A stretch of DNA of 64,000 nt from Lama guanicoe (taxonomy: Eukaryota): the NCBI GenBank assembly GCA_013239625.1, contig MU055016.1:234867-298866 (forward strand), given 5' to 3'. Positions 52,539-64,000 of this stretch are shown piece after piece. A program made the position numbers and the translations under genes. Each line of letters opens with the position of its first letter. The stretch's first letter is position 1. The notes beneath the pieces are model-generated. The model was not told where the DNA came from and made no database searches. It worked only from the letters and a program-made list of their open reading frames with translations.

Positions 52539-53548
52539 ATGGCGGGCTACGCGCGCCGCCCGGGCGTCACCCCGCTATCCCGGGCCCGGAGCCTCGTCAT
52601 TTCGGACGGTGAGCGGCGGAGCGGGCAAGGGCCGGGGTCCGCGGCCCGGTGGCCGTGCTGAGGTCCAGGTGAGGCGGGCACGCAGAGCGCCCGCGCAGCG
52701 CCGGCGCGCGGTGAAGTCGCTCTTGTTGTTGTTACAGCTCCAGCGTTCTATGAGCGCCGGTCTTGTCTCCCCCAGCTAGACTGTGAGCGCCCCCAAGGCA
52801 GGGACCTGGAGTCCCACTTCTTCGGCATTCGGCCGACGTTTATGTGCTATGTGCCCAGTCCGGTGCTAGCTTCCGTGGGAGACACAGGTGAGAGACCAGC
52901 CTCAGGGACCCCCGGTGCCGGCAGTACCTGTAGGTACCTGTGCTGTAGCCTGAACTCACCCCTTGACCTAGTGATAAGCACTAGCACCACCGTGTGCCGG
53001 GCGCTGGGAGTACAGGACGCAAGTGGTAGGGGTCCCGCCCCCAGGAGCTCACAGTCTGATCTTGGATCCCCCTCAGCCAGACAGCTCTAGTACAGGATGG
53101 TAAATACTGGAGTGGAGGTATGCGCAGTGGGAGCAAGGGAAACCACCTCGTTCTTTCAGGGCAAGGGAGCCTTCATCCAGTAGGCAAGGCTTGGAAACCA
53201 GCTGCAGCGATCCTCTGGTCACTGCAGCTGGGCAGTGGGCAGCCTTAGTTCATCCTGATTCTCCCCAAGCTGCTACACCGCCTCGTGTCCAGGGTGTCCA
53301 GGGAGTGTTCAAGTAGTTATGTGAGGGTCTGAGAGGCCATGGCAACCCACAAGGGCATTCAGGAGGTACCACAAGATGCAGGAGGATATATGCACCTGCC
53401 CCACTGGGCATCAAACCTATTGAGAGCTTTGCCAGAAATACACATGCTAGGGCCCATGGAAGTCAGACCATCTCTAGGGGCAGGAATCCAGGTGCTTGTG
53501 CTTTGAAAGTTCCCCAGGCTATGAGAACCACTGCAATAGAGAGCCCAG

Positions 53549-53591
<43 letters not shown>

Positions 53592-56500
53592 TGAGGTCAT
53601 AAAGGATTCCTGTGATCATGGTGGGGTGACGATGTCTCTTTGCAGATTTTGGCTATGGAAAGGGGAAATGTACTAAGCAAGGTCCATCAGGAGCCCAGAA
53701 CACACATTTTGGAGGTAGAGTAGTTCAGTAATCCTTTCTTTTTCTCTTCGTCAAACACACAGTGCCAGGCATGTGCCTGGTAGTGGGGTTGTTGGTTTGA
53801 CAGCATAGAGTTAGTGTACCTGGAGCCCAAAAGAGCAGGTGGGGGTAGAATCCCACAGATTCAGTCTTGATCCTAGGGCCAAGGGAAAAGGCACGGGGCC
53901 AGAGAACTGGGACGTGGCGAGTGGAGGTGAGGGGGAAACCCTACCTGAGGGTCTGAGGATACAGCCGGGGCTGGGGTTACAGGAACTAACTTTATGCAGG
54001 GTTGGCACCTGGGCTTGGGTAGTTGGTGGGCCGGAAGGGCAGCCGTGTGGCTGGCTGGGTACTGGCAGCGGGAAAGGGAAATAGAGGCGGAGCAGTGATT
54101 CTCAGCGTGGCCCGCGGGCGCACTTTGCCCCCAGGCCAACTAAAACTCAGTCTGTGTGGGAGCAGAGGTGCATCATGGTCATAAAGATTCTGAGGTGGAC
54201 TCCATGGGCCCCAAGGTGGGAACCAAGAGGCTCAGGATGGAGAGGAGTAGGTCTGTTTCATTGGCCCGCGCTCATTTCCTAGTGTCACTGGGGTCTGGTG
54301 GAAAGACAAGGGCAGCCTTCCCAGTTTGTGCTGGGGCCGAGTTCGGGAAAGAGCAATGCATGGGAAAGCCCCCTTTTAATGACCTTCCGGAGACTCTTTG
54401 CATGTGTGACATGCGTTATCATTTCAGATGATAAACTTGAAGATCTTGAAGAGGCAAATCCATTCTCCTTTAAAGAGTTTTTGAAAACCAAGAACCTTGG
54501 CCTGTCAAAAGAGGACACGACCAACAGCAGGATCTATTCAAAGGTAGCTCGAAGGTGCTGTTTGCAGTGCTTTCAGAAAAACCCTCCAGAGGACGTCTCT
54601 CCTCTGATTGGCAGCGTTCCTTCCGAGGAGGTTTTGCAGGAGTTGTGGGGCACATCGAAGCAACTGCTAATCCTGGTGGGGAAGCTGCGTGGGTCCCTCC
54701 TGCCTCCCACCTTCCCAGTAGTTCCAGCATTGAATGTCCAGGAAGAAAGGCCTGCAGTGTCTTCTGAGTCTGAGCTTTGCCCCCCTATTTTTTTTTAGGA
54801 AGCCACGAGGCACTCTCTGGGACTCGACCATAACTCCCCAACCTCCCAAACTGTGGGGTATGGCCTGGAATACCAGCAGCCATTTTTCGAAGACCCAACA
54901 GGGGCTGGTGACCTCCTGGACGAGGACGAGGATGAGGACGACAGGTGGAATGGGGCCTACCTGCCGTCTGCTGTGGAGCAGACCCACTCGTCCAGGGTCG
55001 CCGCCAGCACATCACCTTGCAGCACCTACGTCTCCTTTTTTTCCAACCCATCGGAGCTGGCGGGGCCTGAGTCTCTGCCCGCATGGACGCTGAGTGATTC
55101 CGACTCTCGCGTCTCCCCAGCGGGGAGTCCCAGCGCAGACTTTGCAGCCCACGGAGAGTCACTGGGGGACAGGCACCTTCGGACGCTGCAGATAAGTTAT
55201 GAAGCAGTAAGTGAGGGGGGACTGTGTGTCAGGTCCCCAGTAACAGCTCAGATCTGAGCAGCATTCTTGGAGAAAAACCTGGAGAGCTCTGAAGGCCTTG
55301 ATGGCCTGGGGTTTTGGCTCCAAAGACAGCAGTCCACGCCAGGGTCTCTGTGCGGGGCCCTTGCCCAGTCTGCCCGTAACCCACTGGAAAGCACTGCGGG
55401 GGCTGCAAGGTCTGGCCCCCCATAGGCATGAGCTGCAGCAAGGTTGAGACCCTCAGAGCTGCCCCTTAGAACAGGGTCCACTCCAACCGGTGGCTTAGGG
55501 ACAGCCTGCCCAGTATTCTGAAGGCATTTTAAAAAGTAGTAATTACCTAGAAAAGCGTTACAAGGTATGAATACAATTGAAGTTGTGACTATAGGCCTTG
55601 GGAAAGCAGACAGCTTTATTCTTGGTCTTTCTCTGTAAGTGGACTGTGGGGTGACTCTGGAACATTCTGTGTTCCAGAGCCAAATGGCAGAAGTCCAGAC
55701 TCCTGGGAGTGAGACACGCTGAGTTGCTAATGAGGATTTTCTTTTTCTGCAGCTCAAAGATGAAAATTCTAAGCTAAGAAGAAAGCTGACTGAGGTTCAG
55801 AGCTTCTCTGAAACTCAAACAGAAATGTATGTAAGCCTTTAGTTAGGATCACAGTTCAAAACGTCTTCTGACCCAAAGAGAGCAATTTGAAAATAATGAC
55901 GAAGTATCCAAGTTGAACCAAGCCCAGGTTTTGCTGTATTAAATCCTCAGCATCCAACACGTTTCTTACGTCCCATGTCAAAGTTTATATTGAACATGCG
56001 GCTGAAATCAACCAAATCTGGTGAAAGGGCAGCAGAGCGGTCAGTCGGCTCCCGGTGCCCCTGACCTCGTGGCCCTGACCGTGAGCTGACTCTGCATCTG
56101 GCTCGGGGTTGTTGCCTTCCCCGCTGGGCCTCCTTGAGGTTCATTCTGAAGCAGCAGGCTCTTAACGTTTTTTATCCAATCAACCCAATTAAAATTCCTT
56201 CTGTTCTAATACTGTTAGCGTTACTCATGGGAGTTATTAACATCTCGGGGCTTTCCTTTAACAAGGGTGAGGACACTGGAGCGGAAATTAGAAGCCAAGA
56301 TGATAAAGGAGGAGAGTGACTATCACGATCTGGAGTCGGTGGTCCAGCAGGTGGAGCAGAATCTGGAGCTCATGACTGTATGAGCCGGTTTCCTTGTTTG
56401 CAGGAGGGAGGTGGGCAGAGCCTTTGTCTGCTGGGCGGAGCCAGCAAGGACATTGTGAAGTGTTGGGTGTGTCACTCCCTGCAGGGGACCCAAGTCCCAG

Positions 56501-58012
56501 GCATTGTTGTTGCTGAGCCCTGCCCTGGGGGACCGGAGGTCTGGGTGGGCCCTGCAGGCAGGCAGAGTGAGCAGGGGCACGGATTCCGTGAGGAGGGGTC
56601 CCTCACAGTGGGCACCCTGAAGGTGGGGTGGGCCCGCCTGGCTCTGGGTGAGGGCGGCAGGGCCAGGAAGGAGGGGACGCCTGTGTCCACATTACAACAT
56701 CAGTGATGCCTTTCTTCTTTCTTTTTTTTGTGGGGGGAATCACAGAAACGGGCGGTCAAGGCAGAAAATCACGTCATGAAACTGAAACAGGAAATAAGCT
56801 TGCTGCAGGTAACTAGAGGGAAGGTGGCAGATGCCTCACGTGCACACAAATCCCCAAAAACACGCCAGAGCCTCTGCTGGGGTTCTTCCCATCCCTAACT
56901 GACAAAGCATCCAAACTTAGGACAGTGTGAGCTTTCCTCTCAGGCCTTGAAAGAAGGAAGCTGCTCGGTCCTGGGCCCCGGGCCTGCATGCCGCGCAGCG
57001 TGGGGGACTGTAGGGCAGGGTGGCACGTGCTCGCGCGCTAGTCTCATTTCTGTGGGTCACTGCTGAGGAGGGCTGGGGACGGCGTCAGGCCCGCATCCAT
57101 TAGGAGCCCTCCACCCCAACTAGGAAAGACCACCATTGTCGCCAGGTTTGGCCAGGGAGGTTCAAAGTACCCCCCACACACACACACACAGGCGCAGGTC
57201 TCTAACTTCAAGCGGGAGAATGAAGCCCTGCGGGCGGGCCAGGGCGCCAGCCTGACTGTGGTGAAGCAGAACACGGATGTGGCCCTGCAGAACCTCCGCG
57301 TCGTCATGAACAACGCACACGCTTCGATCAAGTGAGCACGGGCTGCGCCCTCGGCTGGCCGGGGGCGGGGTGGGGCCTCCCTCAGCGAGGGATTTCAAAC
57401 CACGACCACCCCACGCACGGCAGACCGACGGCTCCCTCGGGGTGAGGGGGGCTGGGTGACCCTGTTCACCCCGGGGTCACAGCGTGTGCACCAGCCAGCC
57501 GGCCCCCTACGGCCCGTGTGGTGATGACCGTTCTCACCCTAGAGGCCTGAATCCCGGCTCCTTCGCCTACAAAACACCAATATTTTGAGTGAAAAAAAAT
57601 AATAATACTTTCCCTCTTGTAAAAAGCAAATAAATTGGAAGAAGGACCTAGGACCACGCTCAGTGCGGTAAGACTGTGGGAGGTGTCGGCTGCTGTCATT
57701 AGTGGCCACCCTCATGCTCTGTCCCCGGGCCGACCCCAGCCAGGGCAGCAGTGAGTGACAAAGCCCATTTCGCTTAAGTGGAGCATGAAGAGTCTCTTCA
57801 GAGTAAATCCAAGATTTAACAAACCTGCACTTTTTCACTCTGGGACGTGAACGCTTCTGTTGGCGCTTTTGAGCAGCTGTGGTAGCGGTCCGTCCTGTCT
57901 GTGTTCTCGTTTCAGGCAGCTGGTTTCTGGAGCTGAAACGTTGAATCTCGTTGCTGAAATCCTTAAATCTATAGACAGAATTTCTGAAATTAAAGATGAG
58001 AAGGAGTCCTGA
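52539..58012 (+). CDS. ENTR1: Endosome-associated trafficking regulator 1 (SDCCAG3), 10 coding exons, 432 aa in the longest isoform
   Basis: Exons 52539-52608, 52738-52887, 53646-53714, 54428-54543, 54799-55206, 55753-55826, 56266-56377, 56746-56808, 57192-57331, 57916-58012 (TGA). Sum is 1299 nt. Peptides: MAGYARRPGVTPLSRARSL, EEANPFSFKEFLKTK, and a C-terminal coiled coil LKDENSKLRRKL...LVSGAETLNLVAEILKSIDRISE. Confidence 0.94.
52970..53130 (-). mobile_element. L2 3'-end fragment, antisense, in ENTR1 intron 2
   Basis: gtgtgccgggcgctgggagtacag...gtcccgcccccaggagctcacagtctga matches the reverse complement of the recalled L2 terminal consensus. Confidence 0.65.
53400..53533. mobile_element. 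MER5-like hAT DNA transposon remnant
   Basis: atgctagggccc...ggggcaggaatccagg...aaagttccccagg...tgagaaccactg resembles a MER5A terminus. Confidence 0.55.
53551..53589 (+). repeat. Pure poly(A) tract, 39 nt
   Basis: Read directly from the sequence. Confidence 0.95.
57175..57190 (+). repeat. (CA)8 microsatellite abutting the ENTR1 exon 9 acceptor
   Basis: cccccacacacacacacacacag|GCGCAG. Confidence 0.9.
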
Positions 58013-58835
58013 GAACCACTGAGGGGCTTCCAGCTCACAGCTCTGTTTACATCCTGAAATAACTACCCAAAGATTCCAAAGCACCACTGTGTCTTTACAT
58101 ATACAGTCCTCACCCGTGATAGAAATCTTTATCATGCGAGACTGACGTCACGACCGGTCACAGTGTTACCAGCCACGCACGGGGAGGAGCTGTTCCTGGC
58201 TAGGAGGCCGCCCCTGCCTTGGACGCAGCCCCTCTGGGGCTCCCGCTGGTTTCCAGCTGCCAATCTGCTACTGGGAGGCACTTCTATAAGAGCTGGTTTT
58301 TTTTTTAACGTACTAAACACAAAAGCAGTAGTTCTGTTTTATAAGCGTTTTCCGTTGTCATTCCAGAATAATTGTCAGAGAAGTCCAGTTGCTCGTCCTT
58401 GACTTCACGAGGCGAGAACAACACTAAATGAGCCGTAACTAAACGCCTAGTCAGAGGGGACTTGTGCCTTCCCGCCCTCGCTCCGCGCCCCCTCTGGCTC
58501 GTGTCCACTCTGTTGGCCTTCACAGGGTGGCTCTGTGGCTGGTGGCCTAAGCCCGGACCCCCACGGGGACCAAAGTCAGCACGGGCATTCCACGGTGGGG
58601 GGCCATCTAAGTGCATCTCTCCGTGGGCCTTCAGATTCAGAAAACTGCTCTTGGCTGAAGGGTTTTGGTACACATTTCAGGTGGCACCTTATACCAGGAG
58701 CATGGAGCATGGGCAGAGCCTTCCCGGGGCAGTGCGCCGTGCCCCACAGTGCCTCTCCCACCCCTTCCTGTCTGCAGTGAGGCCTCGTGCACTAGACGCC
58801 TTTCTGGCTGTGTTCCCGTGGATGTTATTTTTTAA

Positions 58836-58890
58836 AATAAACTTCCTTTTCCTCTCCTCTTCAAGTCAACAGCTTTTTTTGTTTAATAAA
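58836..58890 (+). terminator. ENTR1 polyadenylation signals (AATAAA at 58836-58841 and 58885-58890)
   Basis: Two AATAAA hexamers followed by GT/T-rich sequence (tgtttttgtg), about 850 nt after the stop. Confidence 0.75.
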
Positions 58891-59029
58891 TTCTAAAATT
58901 CATATGCACTGTCCCTGTTTTTGTGACTTGGCCTGTTATGTCTGAGAAGCATGCGGCTGTCCCCTGATTTCAAGGTATGTGTCCTGTCCTGTCCTAACAG
59001 GTGGTTTATGCTGACGAATGAAGCATCGG

Positions 59030-59270
59030 GCCCTGCCCGTTAGGGGTGGACTCGGGCCACTGCTGTGTGGGCCCGGCTGCGGTGACAGCACGCTGTAGAC
59101 TTGCGAGTCGAGTCAGAGCAGCCTGTTGAGTAGGACAGGTTGGATTCTAGTATTGGAGCATTTGAGATCATGCGGCTGAATTTTCAGGACGTTTAAACTG
59201 CTAGGCCCACTGCCCTTAGCTATGGGTAAGAGCCTCCCAGAAGCACCGTGGACCACGTCTTTCATCTTAC
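59030..59270 (-). mobile_element. Old L1 fragment, antisense, between ENTR1 and SNAPC4
   Basis: gggccactgctgtgtgggcccggctgcggtgacagcac...gaattttcaggacgtttaaactgct...aagagcctccc...catcttacc resembles a degraded antisense L1M. Boundaries approximate. Confidence 0.4.
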
Positions 59271-60199
59271 CCCCCACCAATGCCTCGTGCTCCTGCCCAT
59301 TGGTGAAAAGTGGGCTCTGGGTTCTATTGTCAGAGCAGACTTCAGACAGGGTGGTCTAGCAGGACAGTGTAAGAGAGAGGTTCTCTTCTGGGTGTACACA
59401 TAGCAGCTCTGGGAAACCTGTAAAAACAGGGATGGGACTGCCAGGGAGGATGCCTCGGGCCACAGCCCTGCATGGAGGGCACAGCACTTTACAGGGGTTG
59501 GGCCCGTGCAGGCAGATCACCAGCCTGGCACCTCCTTCACCCACCGGCCCACAGGCCAGGGTGGGCCCAAAGCAGGGTGGCTCCTAGAGCAGCAACCCTC
59601 AGATGGGCCACCCACCCCTGGCCCTGGACGTGAGTGGGCTCCAGCTGCTGCAGCTGTGGGCGGAGGGCCTGCTGGGGGCGGGGCGGGCAGAGAGGGTCTC
59701 CACGAGGTAAGGCGGGCGGACACAGGCTTTTATTACACTCTCGTCTCTCCCTCTACTTTTTAAGTGTTCGACAGCAAAACTTGGGTTCGCCATTCTCGGC
59801 GACTTAACGAACCCGCGTGTCTGCCCCCGGATTTCCGCAGGCACGTCCTGGGCTACTCCAGGGGCACTCGGTGAGCCCTGGAGAACAGGCAGCTTGCAGT
59901 TTCCACCGTCGTTGTCCTCGCTTCAGCGCCAATCCCAGCTTCCCCTGCGCCCACCGGCCTCCAGCTCCACTTGGTTCACTAGAGGGGGACCTACTCATCC
60001 GCTGGGACCCAGCCACCATCACCCTCGGGAAGATGCCCCTCTGGGGGTCAGGGGCCCCTCCTGGCCGGCTCCGCCCGCTCCTCGCAGAGCGCTGCACCGG
60101 GCGAGGAGGGTGGTCTGGAGATGGCCTGGCCAGGACAGTATCGAGTGCTGGGCAGGATTCTCCTCGGTTCCTCAACCAAAACCCTGCATACAGCTAACG

Positions 60200-60930
60200 G
60201 AGAAACAGCACAGTGAGGCTCGGGCGCTGCGGGAGGTCCCACCGCGGGGGAGAGAACGCTGCCAGGCGAGCTCCCGGCTACTGGGTGACCCCGCCCAATG
60301 GGGGCCGCAGCCAGGCCTCCTGCGGACGCGGGCAGTCCCGAGGGTGGCCGCGCGGGGGCAGCACCGGCCCGCCTGTGGGCCTCAACCCGGCGTGCCTCCG
60401 TCGCGACCGTGGAGGCGGGACTTCCGGTCCGCGGCTCGGGAGTCGCGCAGCTGCCGGAAGCGTGGGGTGCAGAGGCCTGGCGCCAGGGCTGCTGCCGGTG
60501 AGGAGCCGTGGGGGTCGACGGGCCCGGAGCGGCGGCGAGGGGCAGCGGGGGGAGGCGGGGTCCGCCCCAGAGGCTCTCCGCACCCAGTCCCCGGCGGTCG
60601 CCGTCGGAGGCAGAGCGTGCAGGGCTGCCTGACGCCCGCGGGTCTCTGGGCCCGGGGCCGAGCCGGCCGGGGGCGCCCGCAGACCGCGCTGCGGCTCCTT
60701 GAGGCTTCCCTCCCGGCCGCCCGCGGAGGGGCCGCTCGGCGCCTGCCAGGAGCTGTGCCGGTTCTGCAGACTGGCTGGCGTTTGGCCGTAGTTGGGTTTA
60801 TAAACCTTTGAAATCTCAGCTTTGTGCTGCTGTGCGAGCTGGGGGCGCCCCGGTTGTCGCAGGGCGGGCCTCTGTGGGTCTGCAGCAGGGAGGGGCCGGC
60901 CGGGGGCGAGGAGGATGTTTCTCGTGCGTG
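60200..60930 (+). promoter_or_regulatory. CpG island / promoter and non-coding first exon of SNAPC4
   Basis: CpG-dense region with a GC box plus ETS motif ggcgggacttccggt (about 60414-60428) and a candidate donor CCG|gtgagg after 60497. Confidence 0.75.
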
Positions 60931-61627
60931 TTTTGGGTTTCTGGTCTGTGCTTGTGTTCCGTTCTGTTTCCCTTACCAGTGACTTATTCTCCCTCTCTCC
61001 GACTATTTGAGATTTTCCAGACCCTCAATCCTAAGAAAAGAAGTCCCTGTTTCTTTAGCAGAGTTTGTTCAGTGTCAGACACTACCCAGGGCCAGGTGCT
61101 GGACTAGCTGCTGGGCAGTCGTGGGCCTTGCCCTTGGGGCTTCCTTCCCAGAGCTGTTGGCGCATGCCACCTGGTCCGTCTGTATTTCAGCGGACGCCGG
61201 CCAGATGCCCTCTGTGTCCACCTCTGTGCCGAGGGAGAGCAGGCTGCACCTGTGGTCCCAAGTTCAGGTTTCACGTGGTCTGCGGGCCTCGTCCTCATCC
61301 TCTGACAGTTTTGCCACCACATTCTCCTCTTAATGCTCCGCATGACCGGCTCATTCTCGGCTTGGTTGTGGGTAGACAGACCAGGCATGTTGGACCATGT
61401 TGGTGACCATCATTCTTCCCCCCGTGCTGGTTGCAACCTTGGAGCAGCTGACAGTAAAGAGCTGGGGTTCATAGGGCTCCCCGGGCTGGGCCTCTAGGAG
61501 CCTAGGACCTGCTTTGGTCAGTGCTCTGCCACCCCTTGCAGGCCTGTGCATCTGAGGGACAATGAGATTCCCGCATACCCTTTGGTTTCTAGCATCTTGT
61601 GTTGTATTTTGGAGGCAGGTAGGAGCC

Positions 61628-64000
61628 ATGGATATAGATGCTGAAAGAGAAAAAATATCAAAAGAGATCAAGGAGCTGGAAAGGATTTTGGACCCTCAGT
61701 CTTCAAGTATCAGTGTGGACGTCTCAGAGTCGAGTCTTGATTCAGACTCTGATGCAGGTGAGCTCCCGCGCACTACAGTTAGAACAGCTGTGTCTGCCAT
61801 GGGCCCTGTCAGCCCAGTAGGCCACCGTGCTGCTCTCTCCGCAAAACCAGCCTCTGCCTTTACTCCACTGGACAGCTTGTTACCATTCCTCCCGTGTTAG
61901 CCCCTGGACCTGCCAGCCATGCGTGGGCTTCCTGCCCCAGAGTGGCCATCTACATCAGGCTGTCCTGGGAGGAGGGCCACACTGCTTGCCACAGGAATTG
62001 GAAGGTCCCGGGGTTCAGCTCTGTCCTCCACCCCTCGTTGAACAGGCGTCACAGCTGAGACCCCTGGTGCCAAGGCTCATATTCTGCCCCCCGCCTGCCA
62101 GTGCTTCCCAGGCCCTGAGTGACCTGCACCACATCTCTGACTGGAGGCCAGCCTGCAGTGGCTGAGCTGTCCAGGGTCCCCCAACCTGTTCACCTCTCTG
62201 CAGGTTCCAGGGGTAGCTCTGAGGCTGAACTTCTCATAGTTCCCAATACACCAAGGCCTTTTTTCCACCTGATATCAGGGCCTCTGTCTGTCCGCTCTCC
62301 CCCATAACAAGCTCCAGTTCCCCCAGGACAGAACTGTCTCCTACTGATTGTCCCAGTGGTCACTGTTCCCTGCAGGCCTGAGAGCACTTTTGTCAGGCTG
62401 GTGTCTTCTCCTTCTGGCTGACCCTGCCCGTGGTGCAGTACCTGCTCCACACAGCCAGTGAGCAGCGATCAGCCACTGGCACTTGGGGGGCCGGGGGGCC
62501 CACAAAACAAATCTCCCTGTGGTCTTTCATCCCGCTCACCCACCCGCCCCGCCTGGCTCCAGCCCCTTGAAGCTGCAGCTGCTTGGTCTCCCCGGCCCCC
62601 ATGGCGCCCCATCGCCAGTCACCAACATGGTCTGCTTGTGTTCCTACAGATTCACTGCCTGATGAGGACTCGGATGCTGCTGCTCCACTGATCTCGGTAA
62701 CTTCTGCTGTGGCAGACACACCACCCTCCCGGTGGGTCTGGGAAGGGGGTGCTTTGAAGCCAGCTGGGTGTTTCGCATTGTAAAAATATTGCCCACCTGT
62801 TAGTAAAGATGAGACGTCACCAGGTATCATCAAAAATAAGGTGGTCCCCAGAACCGCCACTGGTGGCAGCTTGTTGTTTGGCCTCTGTTCTTGTCTGAGC
62901 TGCTGGCTGCTGTGTCTCGTGTGACATGTGACGTGGAAGGGCTGCTGGGCTGCCTGGGTCCTGCCCCTGGTAGTCCACCTCTCTGTGCCTCTGGTTCCCA
63001 GCCTGAACAGGAGGGGCAGTTACAGCACAAGCCAGTTCACACATGCCAGCGCCTAGGGCAGCGCCTGGCAAGTCAGCTCTGGGTCGCGCCACGTACTGTT
63101 TAACTATTGCTTGTTTGTTTTGTAGTTTTATGTTCTTCCAGAAAACTGTTACAGTTGGCTTTTTGTTTTTCTATCAAGTCAGTAGGTACAGAATTGCTCC
63201 CTGTTCTTACTAGCTGGGTGGTCCCCTGACGCAGGTTCACTATAGTTCCAGGGTTTTAGCTGCATCGCCTTGTGGTGGGCGTTTGTCTCCGTCTTTAGTG
63301 TCACTGGTGCTGCAGTGGCCTTTGCACATGTTCTTGTTCACTGCATTTGCCAGCGAGGAACATGGCACGAGCCTGCTCTAAAGTCCAAGCCTTACAGACG
63401 GTTTTATTGTGGAGAATGAAAACTGCTCACTTCCTCACGCTTCCACACCTGAAGTACACTCCTAGAAGTTAAATTTAAGTAGAGTTGTCTTCAGCTGGGA
63501 GTGTGCACGCACTCTGTGGACCACGCCGGGCCACAGCCAGAGCCTGCTCAGGGCCCTTCACACCCCTGGGGCCACGAGGGTGCCGGAGTATGTGCGCCAG
63601 TTTCCTTAGCTGCGGTTTCCCGTTTGTAACCAGGAAGAAGAGAGGTGGGGTGAAGCCAGCAATGATGAAGACGACCCCAAAGAGAAAGCTCTCCCTGAGG
63701 ACCCGGAGACCTGTCTGCAGCTGAACATGGTCTACCAGGAGGTCATCCAGGAGAAGCTGGCAGAGGTCAGCCTGCTGCTGGCCCAGAACCGGGAGCAGCA
63801 GGTAGGATGCGGTCTGGCTCCCAGAGCCCCCGCAGCTGGGCCTCCCAGGACCAGGGCTGGGCTCTGGGTCAGGTCTACTCCCTTCTCTGCCGGGAGAGTT
63901 GCTGCTGCCTGGCCCACAGATGGGCCCTTGTGTCTGCCACAGGAGGAGGTCATGTGGGACCTGGCGGGGTCCAAAGGCCCCAAGGTGAAGGATGGCAGGA
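61628..64000 (+). CDS. SNAPC4: snRNA-activating protein complex subunit 4 (SNAP190), 5' part only; continues beyond the window
   Basis: Kozak gccATGg at 61628. Exons 61628-61757, 62650-62696, 63634-63801 and 63943->64000 are in consistent phase. Peptides MDIDAEREKISKEIKELERILDP and LPEDPETCLQLNMVYQEVIQEKL. Confidence 0.93.

Noticed and set aside
59894-60811. 305-aa ORF at the SNAPC4 promoter, and similar ORFs at 51881-52661 and 29279-30043
   Set aside because: Arg/Gly/Pro/Ala-rich translations of CpG islands, mostly with non-ATG starts.

Overview
Mammalian genomic DNA, GC-rich and gene-dense, matching the known SEC16A-INPP5E-PMPCA-ENTR1(SDCCAG3)-SNAPC4 cluster (syntenic with human 9q34.3). 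Five tRNA-derived SINE copies resemble the camelid Vic-1 family, so the source is probably a camel or alpaca (inference). By hand I assembled frame-consistent spliced CDSs: SEC16A (+, 30 coding exons, 2377 aa), INPP5E (+, 10 exons, 656 aa), PMPCA (-, 13 exons, 525 aa), ENTR1 (+, 10 exons, 432 aa) and the first four coding exons of SNAPC4 (+, truncated by the window). Most other ORFs in the track are GC-rich shadow ORFs or exon read-throughs. I found no convincing new multi-gene system. The items most worth checking are: (1) a near-perfect 682/705-bp tandem duplication of two SEC16A exons, either an assembly/haplotype artefact or a real structural variant; (2) ENTR1 cassette exon 2 apparently built from inverted L2 fragments, with a complementary L2 copy across its donor; (3) uORFs in the INPP5E and ENTR1 leaders; (4) a GC-AG intron in SEC16A; (5) a 39-bp L1-tail insertion with a perfect 13-bp target-site duplication beside a PMPCA donor; (6) an ENTR1 acceptor whose pyrimidine tract is replaced by a CA repeat. 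Gene and repeat-family names come from my recall of known sequences, not from database searches.
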